Origin: Eledone cirrhosa
Lineage: Eukaryota
Length of the DNA stretch: 64,000 bases
Assembly (NCBI GenBank): GCA_964016885.1
Contig: OZ024740.1
Span: 119,660,001 to 119,724,000, forward strand
Direction of reading: 5' to 3'
The translations under genes and the position numbers were made by a program. This document shows positions 15,351-26,051 of the stretch, one piece after another. Below the pieces are notes generated by a model. That model had not been told where the DNA came from and searched no databases. It saw nothing but the letters and a program-made list of their open reading frames with translations. Every line of letters starts with the position of its first letter. Within the stretch, counting starts at the first letter, position 1.

Positions 15351-16657
15351 TATCGGGCCACATATGGGACCTCAAGGACAACAACATCAACTATGATCTC
15401 ACTTGGAAATTACTGTCCAGAGCCAACTCTTACACCGGAGGACGCCGTCCGTGCAATTTATGCTCGGAGGAAACTTTACAAATGCTGTTTTCGACGGACC
15501 AACTCCTAAACAAGAAAGATGAACTGGTTACTGCATGTAAACACCGATTACGTAGGACCTACCTCGCCCTCAAACCCCATAATGACCCGGGGGGGGGTAT
15601 ACTAGGTCTATAACACCCCACTTGCCTATTTTGTAATGGGTAACCCCTGCTTGCCAATGGAGACGTAAGGCCTTCTTTTACATTCTTTTATCGCTTCCTC
15701 TATATTTCCTTCTTCCCCCCATCCCTCCCTAGTCCTTCTACCCCAGTTCCTTTTCTTTGTCGTCGTCTTTTTCTCGCCCACCCGAGGTAGCCCCTCGGTC
15801 CCTTGTAGCTTCAACACCCTCACCCACTTCCCCTATTCTATGATAGATTTGGCTGATTCCGCTTTTTATAGCAGAGGTGTTAGACTTCGGATACTTGCCC
15901 CCTTCTCCGACCGATGTCCATTTTTTCCGTGCCTTCTATATTTCTTAGTGGCATCTTTGCTTAAATTTCTCGTTTATCCAGTATTTCTTTCTTATTTTTC
16001 GCTTTTGTTGGGGAGGGGGGGGGGTTCTGTATTAATTTTCCGTTCTTTACTTTTACTTCGTACGATCTTTCATGTAGCGTGTATAAGACTTTTCGTTTCG
16101 TGGCGTACCCTTAGAGTTAGCACTAGTATTTTTTTGCGGGACCCTAAATTATATTCTCGTACTAGTTTACTTTCTTGCACTGGGTGGTTGCTGGCCCTGT
16201 GATTGGGGTAGAAACCTTTATTATTTCGTGGCAGTCTCTTTAGTATTTTATTCTTCATTATATATATTTTTAAATTTATTTATCTATTCTTTTATTCACG
16301 TATTTGTTTATTTATTTATGTATTTAATTAGCCTAGCAATAGCGAGAGACTTAATTCTTAGTAACCAGACTTTGCTTTTTTTTTTTCTCTCTCAGTACTG
16401 TTTATAGTTTTACCCTTCATTGTTCTACTTACCGTTTCGAATTCCTCCCCCTGACACTCCCCAGTATCCATTTGACCTCACGCCCAGCTGTAGCCGGCAC
16501 TACCAACGCATGAATGGGTCTACTCCACCCCCTCTCCCTTTTTCTCCTACCAGCATGTTTAGCTACCCCTTCGCCCACCAACTAGCCATCACCGATTTAC
16601 TACTAACTTGTGATGTGACCAATCCTGGTGATTGTCTCTTTGACCATATATGGAATT

Positions 16658-16751
16658 ACCCCTTGATAAGCTCGGCTATTTAAATACCAGAATAAATTTT
16701 CATTCAGTCCAGAATTAGCCGTCGAAACGGCTTGAGCTCAGCCGTCGGGGT
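16658..16751 (+). ncRNA. Type I hammerhead ribozyme, U3-A8 core variant, GUC site after 16746
   Basis: Stem I acccc/ggggt; core TTGATAA; stem II cggcta/tagccg with a long insert; GAAAC; stem III ACGGC/GCCGT; located at the PLE 3' end where HHRs are expected. Confidence 0.85.
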
Positions 16752-16761
16752 CTTACTTGTT

Positions 16762-16844
<83 letters not shown>

Positions 16845-17213
16845 TGAAATTGGAAATAGCATGGAAAATATATATAAGGGTCTGCTTTTCTTTTTTTTCT
16901 TTCCTCTTTGCTTCATCAAAGAGAGATGAAAAAAAACTTGACCTCAGGACACAATCTTTTAAAGGAGTCTTTTAATGTTTAACGGTTCATAATTCTTATT
17001 AATTCTTTTTAATTGTAATACTCAAAATTTGATAATATGAATAAGAATTAATAAGAATTATGAACTAAAAATTAAAGATTTAAAGTTGTGTTGAGGTAAG
17101 TTTTTTTTCATCTTCTTTGTTGAGAAAGAAGATAGAAAAAAACTTACCTGCTATTTCCAAATTCACCTTTTCTCTATAACCATTGTTTTGTATAGAACCT
17201 TACTTCCCTTTTC

Positions 17214-17247
<34 letters not shown>

Positions 17248-17337
17248 ATATATATAACCATTGTTTTGTATAGAACCTTACTTCCCTTTTCAAATATATA
17301 TATATAACCATTGTTTTGTATAGAACCTTACTTCCCT

Positions 17338-17373
<36 letters not shown>

Positions 17374-17476
17374 CCATTGTTTTGTATAGAACCTTACTTC
17401 CCTTTTCAAATATATATATATAACCATTGTTTTGTATAGAACCTTACTTCCCTTTTCATATATATATATATATATC

Positions 17477-17827
17477 ATCATTTCATCATTTCATTTTACG
17501 TCCGCTTTTTCCCTGCTTGCAAGGGTGGGACAGGAACTGATTCTGGCTTGATTTCTACAGCTGGATGCCCTTCCTAACACCAACCTCATTTAATATTTTA
17601 ATATGTGAGTGCTGGGTGCTTTTTTGCCGTGGCACCTCCACGACCACTTTGCAGTGGAATGATAGGGACCCCAGTCCCTATCATCTCATTTCTACAGCTG
17701 AGTAAACTGGAGCAATGTGAAATAAAGTATCTTGCTCAAGGAAACAACACATCACCCGGTCTGAGAATTGAACTCACAACCTTTTGATTGCAAGGCCAAT
17801 GCTCTAACCACTAAGCCATGTGCCTCC
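17477..17827 (-). mobile_element. tRNA-derived SINE with RTE-type 3' tail
   Basis: Minus strand: A-box TGGCTTAGTGG, B-box GAGTTCAATTC, CCTTGAGCAAG body, tail GGACGTAAAATGAAATGATG; close copy at 39165-39454. Confidence 0.9.
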
Positions 17828-18006
17828 ATGCACATGGCTTAGTGTTTATATATATATATAACCATTGTTTTGTATAGTACCTTACTTCCCTTTTCAAATA
17901 TATATATATAACCATTGTTTTGTATAGAACCTTACTTCCCTTTTCATATATATATATATATATATATATAAAACCATTGTTTTGTATAGAACCTTACTTC
18001 CCTTTT

Positions 18007-18046
<40 letters not shown>

Positions 18047-18115
18047 AAAAGGGAAGTAAGGTTCTATACAAAACAATGGTTATATATATATATATATATA
18101 AATATATATATATAC

Positions 18116-19118
18116 AGCAAGTGCCCACAAAATACTAGCTCTTTCAATTGCGCAGAGGGTTCTATAGAAATAGTGGACAGCTTCCGTTACCTGGGCGATA
18201 AAATCAGCAGTGGGGGAGGGTGCTCTGAAAGTACTGTAGCTAGAGTCAGAACTGGTTGGAAAAAGTTCAGAGAGCTTATACCACTATTAGCTGCTAAAGG
18301 GTTCTCCCTAAAAATGAAAGGCAGGTTGTACGATGCCTGCATACGAACAGCAATGTTGCATGGCAGTGAGACCTGGGCATTGTGTGCAGAGGATATACGC
18401 AGACTAGAGAGGAATGAAGCTTGCATGCTCCGCTGGATGTGTAACAGTAATATACGTGAACGGCAAAGCATAAACGAACTAAGGAAAAAATTAGAGATAA
18501 GAGGGATCAGATGTTGTTTACTCGAGAGAAGGCTACGTTGGTATGGACACGTGATGCGCATGAAAGTCGATAGCTGTATAACAAAGTGCAGGGCAATAAA
18601 GATAGACAGTAACCACGGAATAGGCAGACCTAGAAAAACCTGGGACGAGCTGATAAACTCCGACCTCACACACTTACACCTCTCCAAGACAATGTCACTG
18701 GACCGAGACCTTTGGCGGTACTCAGTAACAGAGAAGACCCGCCTTGCCAGTAGGCATCTCTAACAAAATACACCCCGTCCCGCCACCACCCCCACCCCAT
18801 CCACACCACCCCGTTCTATGTAAAGTTATGTTGGTGCCGCGCGATCCAGGCCGAAACAAATGAGATCGTGTAGGTGTCACGACAAAAAAACACACAGTCC
18901 ACGCTGTAATGTGGCCGTGTAGGCAACACGGTAAAAACCTCCCAGACCCACACTGTAAATGTGGTTGGTATTAGGAAGGGCATCCAACTGTAGAAAACCT
19001 GCCAGACAGTCCTATGCGAGCAAGACAATCACTCTTGCCTCAAGTGGGACTACCCCCGTCCAAACCCATGCAAGCGTGGAACACGGACGTTAAACTTTGA
19101 TGGTGATGATGATGATGA
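18116..19118 (+). mobile_element. 5'-truncated RTE LINE (ORF C-terminus to 18763 plus 3' UTR)
   Basis: [31 protein letters not shown] motifs in an open frame; (GAT)n tail. Confidence 0.93.
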
Positions 19119-19546
19119 TATATATATGAAAAGGGAAGTAAGGTTCTATACAAAACAATGGTTATATATATATATTTGAAAAGGGAAGTAAGGTTCTATA
19201 CAAAACAATGGTTATAGAGAAAAGGTGAATTTGGAAATAGCAGGTAAGTTTTTTTCCATCTTCTTTCTCAACAAAGAAGATGAAAAAAAACTTACCTCAA
19301 CACAACTTTAAATCTTTAATTTTTAGTTCATAATTCTTATTAATTCTTTTTAATTGTAATACTCAAAATTTGATAAGATGAATTTTACTAATATATTGAA
19401 GCCAGTTAAACATTATAAAACTCCTTTTTTAAAAGAATTGTCCCTCTCACTATTTTCAATAATGTCACTTTGATGAATCAAAGAAGGGAAAGAAAAAAAA
19501 GAAAAGCAGACCCTTATATATATTTTCCATGCTATTTCCAATTTCA

Positions 19547-19665
<119 letters not shown>

Positions 19666-19834
19666 TACATATTTATATATATATATTATCACCATTAGCA
19701 TCCATTTAACCATGCTAGCATTCAATAGATGAGTTATTCTGTAGTGAGAAATGCTGGGCGAGGTGACCATGTCTTGCTCATGTATATATTTATTTATCTA
19801 TCTATCTTCAATCTATCTCTCTCTCTTTCTCTAC

Positions 19835-20390
19835 TATGCCTTCTCTTCATTTAGCAATCTCTATTAGTAACATTTCCCAGCAACCTTTTCTTTTATACCA
19901 GTGAAGGCAAATGCATCACTATAGTTCATGCACAATTTTTTTCAATGGCATCTTAAATCACATTGACATGTTACTATGCAATCTGGAATGTTTTACACCT
20001 TTGCTCCCCTTGTTGCAGAACATTGGCACATCTCTTCTTTTAGCTTCTTTCTCAGCTACATGTAACTGACATCTTGTGTCTAACAGTTTGATATTGTTCC
20101 TTGCATTCATCTATTTTTCAGGCTTGTCTTTTAGTTTAATGAATCTATCTACAATTCAATTTCACTAGCAAGTTACCTCCATTCACAGGTCTGCTCTGTG
20201 ACATTCAGCAAGTCAACGCATAGAAACTCACATTTAGCATCTATATTGTAAATCCCATTCCCAATACAGTTTCATCTAATGCGGTTGATAGGATTTCTTT
20301 GACCTTATAACTTGATGAGGCATTCGCCTGATTGTTTTGTTTTTTAGTCCATCAAGCCCTTTGCCTGCAGTTGCCAATCACTAGCCTATG
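19835..20390 (-). mobile_element. Old RTE LINE relic (EN-RT linker), upstream part of 12200-12693
   Basis: Degenerate minus translation including RLLNEE preceding the RT. Confidence 0.55.
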
Positions 20391-20667
20391 TTGAGTGGTA
20401 CATGTATGCACATACATACATAGTTACACAGATACATACATACATACATACATACACACATACATAAGTATATATGCATACATACATTCATTCATACATA
20501 AATATAATGATACATACATTCATACATACATGCATACATACATTCATTCATACATACATATTTATATATAAAAACACATACATTCATGCATACAGATATA
20601 TACATTCATTCATTCATACTGACATACATATATACATACATACACACATGCATTCATTCATCCATAC

Positions 20668-21180
20668 ATGATGGCTGCAAACTCTGAGAAAAGTATTGCA
20701 ATCACTTGTCAGATTAAGGAGTTTGGTGCACTTTTAGGCTATGGCGAGTCACTCGAACCTGTAAGATGATCTGAACAAGCAATGCCTGTGAAGGTTTTTT
20801 TAAGTGGGGAAAGGCTCTGCACTCGACCAATCCCACTCTCTGAGCATCGAAAACACTACCCAAAAAGGAGAACTGGTCAACATCATCGGAAGCTGCAGGT
20901 TTTTTTTCAGAGTTCTGCTCTCTTAGAAAGGTGTTGTGACAACAACTGGGGGTCTTTCACTCCCAGGTGAAAAAAAAAAATTACTATTTGGATGGCCATT
21001 GACTCTGCTGAGTTCCTCCACCCTTTGCCGGGTCTTGTATTTCATTCTGCAGGGTATCCAAATGTCACCCTCCTCACCAAGCAAGCTTGATGGGGTTGCT
21101 GGTTTAGTTGCCGACAACGTGACCACGAGACAGGTTGTACTGGGCTACATGTTACCAGTAGCACCTGAGAGCAACCTGGC
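20668..21180 (-). mobile_element. Non-autonomous RTE-derived element (putative 5' UTR joined to 3' terminus) in (CATA)n; partial tandem copy 21198-21580
   Basis: Terminus GCAGCCATCATGTATG matches that of the RTE ending at 22525; no ORF; body homologous to 47145-47450. Confidence 0.6.
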
Positions 21181-21885
21181 ATACATACACACATACAAGA
21201 TGGCTGCATCTCGATTATGAGAATTGCCATTACTTGATCATTTTCTCGCACATGAGTGGCTTGTATATGATGTATTAAGGTTTGTGAAGAACTTACATTT
21301 CTTTCTGCATATGCTGCAGTGATGAACATTAATCCTTTTTAGGCTACAGCCAGCCATCCTTATGCAACACACGTGAAAGTTAATTAGATGTTTGTACTTG
21401 AAGCTTTTTTAAGTGAAGAAAGACCTTACACTGGACCATATCCCTCACTGATCAACAGAGACTGTTTTCCAAAAAGAAGAACAGGTCAACACCATTGGCT
21501 GCTTTTGGGTCTCCAAGAAAAATGTCCTAACATGGAGCAGGGATCTCTTACTCCCAATAGACTAACCATGTGCTTAGACACCAAAAAGAGTATATATGTA
21601 TATGTGTGTGTGTAGACACCTGACCAATACTGCAGATCCCACCATCCTTTAATAGAGCATTTTAATACAGCCACTTAATGAAAAGCCTTTGTTTGCTTAT
21701 AATAAATGAACCTTGAAAATTAGGAGTGCTTGTATTTGTTTCATTCTGTATCAGTATGTATAGTTTTTTCAAAGAATCCCTATTCTTTAAATCCATCAGC
21801 CGATGACCTCCACCTGTCTCAATCACCACCTTCCCCTACCACCAGAAAATGTATAAAAACCACCATATCACATTGTCAGTCAGCA

Positions 21886-21930
21886 TTCTTGATGATTTCC
21901 TTGGAATGAAACGGTTCTAGTCCTGTAGAA
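21886..21930 (+). ncRNA. Hammerhead-like motif, decayed
   Basis: ttc-TTGATGA-tttccttggaat-GAAAC-ggttctagtcct-GTA-gaa, just before a (TA)n tract. Confidence 0.45.
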
Positions 21931-21943
21931 GCCACTTCTATAT

Positions 21944-21980
<37 letters not shown>

Positions 21981-21985
<5 letters not shown>

Positions 21986-22404
21986 TGTATATATAGTGTA
22001 TTTTGCAATACACTGTATGCTTAATTAAAAGCATTTCGAAGACCTTATTCTATTGTTTTAGAGTGGTGACAGACTCACTTACTTTAATTTTCAGCAAACA
22101 GGTGAGATAAAGCAGACAGGGCCCTGTTTCGCATTTATTGATGGTTATCAAAGCCAACTACTCCTCCTGTTTGCTGAAATCATGGATGTTTGGTTCTTAT
22201 AGAATTCTAGTAAATACAGAGTGGTTGCCGGTCAAGCAGGAATTGAAAATTAGAATTGGTGCTCTTAAATAGCTATATATATATATCAATGTATATATAG
22301 TGTATTTTGCAATACACTTTTAATTAAGCATACAGTGTATTGCAAAATACACTATATATACATTCATATATATATAGCTATTTCAGAGCACCAATTCTAA
22401 TTTT
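21981..22404 (-). mobile_element. Retrozyme-like non-coding element: ~1.1 copies of a 304-nt unit plus inverted end, in (TA)n
   Basis: 31-bp direct repeat 21984-22014/22288-22318; 22319-22404 is the reverse complement of unit ends; internal HHR. Confidence 0.7.
22089..22179 (-). ncRNA. Type I hammerhead, U3-A8 core, extended stem I
   Basis: TTGATAA-ccat caataa atgc-GAAAC-AGGGCCCT-GTC; palindromic stem III; distal stem I is a perfect 14-bp helix (22089-22102/22166-22179). Confidence 0.8.
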
Positions 22405-22427
22405 ATATATATATATATGTGTGTGTG

Positions 22428-22469
<42 letters not shown>

Positions 22470-22524
22470 CACACACACATATATATATAAAATTAGGTTC
22501 TGAAAACATACATACATACTTACA

Positions 22525-22596
22525 CACATGATGGCTGCCCCCTCGTTATCGAGTATGGCCATTGCACGAGAATAAAAAATAAATACATTAAAAAAA

Positions 22597-22635
<39 letters not shown>

Positions 22636-22641
22636 AATTTA

Positions 22642-22682
<41 letters not shown>

Positions 22683-22756
22683 CATACATACATATATACA
22701 CACACACATACATACACATACACACACACATATACACACACACATACATTAATAAC

Positions 22757-22787
<31 letters not shown>

Positions 22788-23585
22788 GCAATAATAATAA
22801 TAACGACAACAACAATAATAATATACATATTCATATATACACACACACGCACGCACATAAGCATATCTACACACACACACACACACGATAGCAACTAACA
22901 GTGCTGTGATCGAATGTGGCTTTTTAGCCCAGCCAATGATCTAAAATGTCTTGCACAGAGTCGGCAACCAAAACATTCACTGGGAATAGTCAGCTGTGGT
23001 TGGAGTTTGTGTACTTTTGCATGTCGCTTGAGCCCTCCTGCTGATTTACATTCTCTACCACATGTTTGGCAAGCATGATTAGTAGCATCTCCAACAGCAG
23101 CCTGGTAGTCAACCAATGGTCTTACTTTATGACTGCGAAGATGACTTTCGAGTCCTGCTTTGCTTAGGCAGAGTCTCGCACAGACGCTGCATGTCAGCAC
23201 CATAGGAGGACCCTCGCCGTCTGGAAATGCAACAGCAATGCCCTTCCTCACATCCCGCTTTACTTTCCCGTGTGCGATTTGAGATGCCTCAAAGGCAACT
23301 TTTCCCTCATATACAGTCTTTCTCCATTTATTACGATCAGCAGCAACATTTTCCCATGTATCAGCAGAGATGTTAGCGTCTTTCAGAGAGGCTTTCAAGG
23401 AATCCTTATACCTCTTTTTGGGGGGTTTATGTGGCGGTCGTTTTCCTTTAACCAACTCTCCATAGAAGAGTTGTTTTGGTATTCTAGAATCCTTCATCCT
23501 GGCAAGGTGACCACTCCAACGGAGTCGTTGCTTAAGCACAAGAGCTTCTATACTATCACACATAGAGCTTTCCAAAATCTCAACA
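22525..23585 (-). mobile_element. 5'-truncated RTE LINE with three C-terminal C2H2 zinc fingers
   Basis: RLRWSGHLARM..RIPKQLFYGEL, then three CxxC-x12-Hxxx(x)H motifs; stop at 22895; 3' UTR with microsatellites ending GGCAGCCATCATGTGTG. Confidence 0.92.
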
Positions 23586-23589
23586 TACA

Positions 23590-23702
<113 letters not shown>

Positions 23703-24923
23703 ATATGTATGTGTGTATGTATGTATATTTTCAGAACCTGAAAATGTTTCTATGCATCTTGCAAGTTATATGTTAAGCATTCATGCATGTATGAATACAT
23801 GTTTGTATAACTTCCTCTATTCTGGTCTTACCATTTCCAATCAATACATCAGAATACATCATCCTTCAAAATGGAATGTTGTCCATATTGAACCATTTCA
23901 TAGAATGTAATTCCAGCAGCTGCACCGGATTCTTAAACAATAGACCATGGCTCTCTCCCTACAGCTATATTCTTTTATTAGGGTCTTGTTAATAATAAGC
24001 TTACTCAACTGGCAATTATGCTTGTGATGTTCACATTATTATTACTGTAATCATAATTGTAATTAATGTTATTATTACAAATGTTTATTGTTATTCCTTC
24101 ACATAGTGGCAAGCACTGTAAAATAATAGATTATAGGTATGGCAAATTTGGGATACTGTTTCAATTCCTGGACTAATTTAATAATCAAAACCAATATATG
24201 CTGCAACTTCCAATTGCAAATATTGCTAACGTATTAAATATGTAAGGACATTCTAGATCAAAGGTTCTCAACGGGGAGTGTTTGGGAGCAAGGAGGCGTT
24301 AGGGGGGGGGGGGGGGGGGGGCGTTTGAAGCTTTGGAACACTTACAAGAACAACAGAAATGACAAGAAAAAGAAGCAATCATACACAGACATGCATACGT
24401 ATATACATACATGCATACACATGTATACACACACAGGCCGGCGTTGGTGTTTGATGAGGTTGAGAACTGGTCAGCTTTCAGCCAGATCTGTGGTATTTAA
24501 TCTCCCTAGGTAATAAAATCTGGAGACGAAATTCTCTCCTTACCAATAAACATAAATCATGTTAACACTCTTACACACTTGAATATAAATACATGTATAT
24601 ATACAAATGTATAAATGCATAGCTATATACATAGGTAAATGTATGTATGTATGTATTTATATATACATATATATATATTATACACACACACACAGACACA
24701 CATATATATATATATTTTCTATTTTCAGTCTGGTCTACTTCTGGATAGAATTCAAAATCTTGTAAAATCCATAGAGAAGTTCTGTTTCGCTGAATTAATT
24801 CTTTAGATACAGAGTCGGATATTAGGTATTAAATTAACTATAAAAATTAAAACAAAGTTAAAAAGTAACTTGACTCGTTCTTTTTATTTTCATTGTTAAT
24901 TTGATAACAGACACACCCACACC

Positions 24924-24962
<39 letters not shown>

Positions 24963-25075
24963 GCACAGTGTGACAAGAAGCTTGCCACATGTTTTCGAGT
25001 TCAGTCCCACTGCTCGGGCCAACCAAAGCCCTGTCAGTGGATTTGATAAACTGAAACTAAAAGAAGCACGTTGTA

Positions 25076-25401
25076 TCATCATCATCATCACCGTTTTATG
25101 TCCATTCTTCCACGGTTAGATGGGTTGTCCTGTTGCGGGCAGTGTCCGGTCGGCTGACCTTGTCTGGCTCATACAGGAACTGATTCTGGGTTGATTTCTA
25201 CAGCTGGATGGCCTTCCTAACACCAACCTCATTTACAGTGAGTGCTGGGTGCTTTTTTTGCCGTGGCACCTCCACGACCACTTTGCAGTGGAATGATAGT
25301 AACCCCAGTCCTATCATCTCATTTCTACAGCTGAGTAAACTGGAGAAATGTGAAATAAAGTGTCTTGCTCAAGGAAACGACACATCACCCGGTCCGAGAA
25401 T
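25076..25401 (-). mobile_element. SINE, 5'-truncated (family of 17477-17827)
   Basis: Near-identical body to 17530-17770. Confidence 0.85.
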
Positions 25402-25568
25402 TATATGTATATATGTCTGTGTGTGTCTTTGCATTTGTGTTTGCCCTCCCACCAATGCTTGCTGGTTGTTGATGTCTCCATAACTTACCAAGGCGATGCT
25501 CCAGCATGGGCGTAGTCCAGAGACAGAAAAAGAGTAAAGTGTATATATGTGTGTGTGTGTGTGGATAG

Positions 25569-25882
25569 AAGAGGGGTCCCAAACTCAGGGACATAAAAGG
25601 GCCATTTGGTCCTGGAGGAGAGGCACAGTGGGCCAAACATGGTGTGGTGTGTGATGATTTTCACCAGTTATAATCATTTTTACTATAAGCACAAGGCATG
25701 AGTTTAGGGTTTAGTGTCCCGTCGATTACATCGATCCCAGTTCACAACTGGTACTTAATTTATCGACCCCAAAAGGATGAAAGGCAAAGTTGAGATCGGT
25801 GGAATTTGAACTCAGAACGTAATATTGGTTCTACCATGGGCCATAGAAAAGAAGTTCACAGGCCGCATGTTTGAGCCCTCTG
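25569..25882. mobile_element. Degenerate hAT-like MITE containing a SINE fragment (25690-25822, minus)
   Basis: Ends AGGGGTCCCAAAC / GTTTGAGCCCTCTG; imperfect 8-bp flanks gtggatag/ttggagag. Confidence 0.45.
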
Positions 25883-25969
25883 TTGGAGAGATAATAAATA
25901 GATAGATAGATAGATAGACGTGTACCAAACACACACACATATTTCTCTCTCTCTCTGTCTCTCCCTTGT

Positions 25970-26051
<82 letters not shown>

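Larger units (their letters stand above)
12965..16764 (-). mobile_element. Penelope-like retroelement 1 (Naiad-like), 5'-truncated, with ~1.4-kb inverted 3' copy (15353-16764), in (TA)n
   Basis: Minus arm 12965-15350 encodes RT C-terminus (VNFMDVTLDL, WFNPP), CNCx5CPLxxxC linker and GIY-YIG (VIY...YIG, CNLC, LLNK). 15353-16764 is a near-identical reverse complement of 13045-14458. (TA)n on both flanks. Confidence 0.95.
17177..19215. repeat. Array of a 36-bp unit ACCATTGTTTTGTATAGAACCTTACTTCCCTTTTCA separated by (TA)n; 8 forward and 3 inverted copies
   Basis: Forward copies near 17179, 17257, 17307, 17373, 17423, 17861, 17911, 17973; inverted copies near 18045, 19127, 19177. Confidence 0.9.

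Noticed and set aside
17755-17827. tRNA gene
   Set aside because: It is a SINE head: it continues into a SINE body and tail and has dispersed copies.
17177-18010. CRISPR-like appearance of 36-bp repeats with spacers
   Set aside because: Spacers are only (TA)n, there are no cas genes, and the context is eukaryotic.
21060-21180. Twister- or HDV-like ribozyme at the RTE-derived 5' end (TAA...AAGC...GAGGAGGG on minus)
   Set aside because: A full fold could not be built by eye and the homologue near 47360-47450 does not keep the motif; an Infernal search would decide.
23828-23960. Minus-strand exon with strong donor ATG|gtaaga
   Set aside because: All three frames contain stops; unsupported without transcript data.
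24302-24322. Long G run as a G-quadruplex element
   Set aside because: A homopolymer in a transposon subterminus; length is unreliable and there is no functional evidence.
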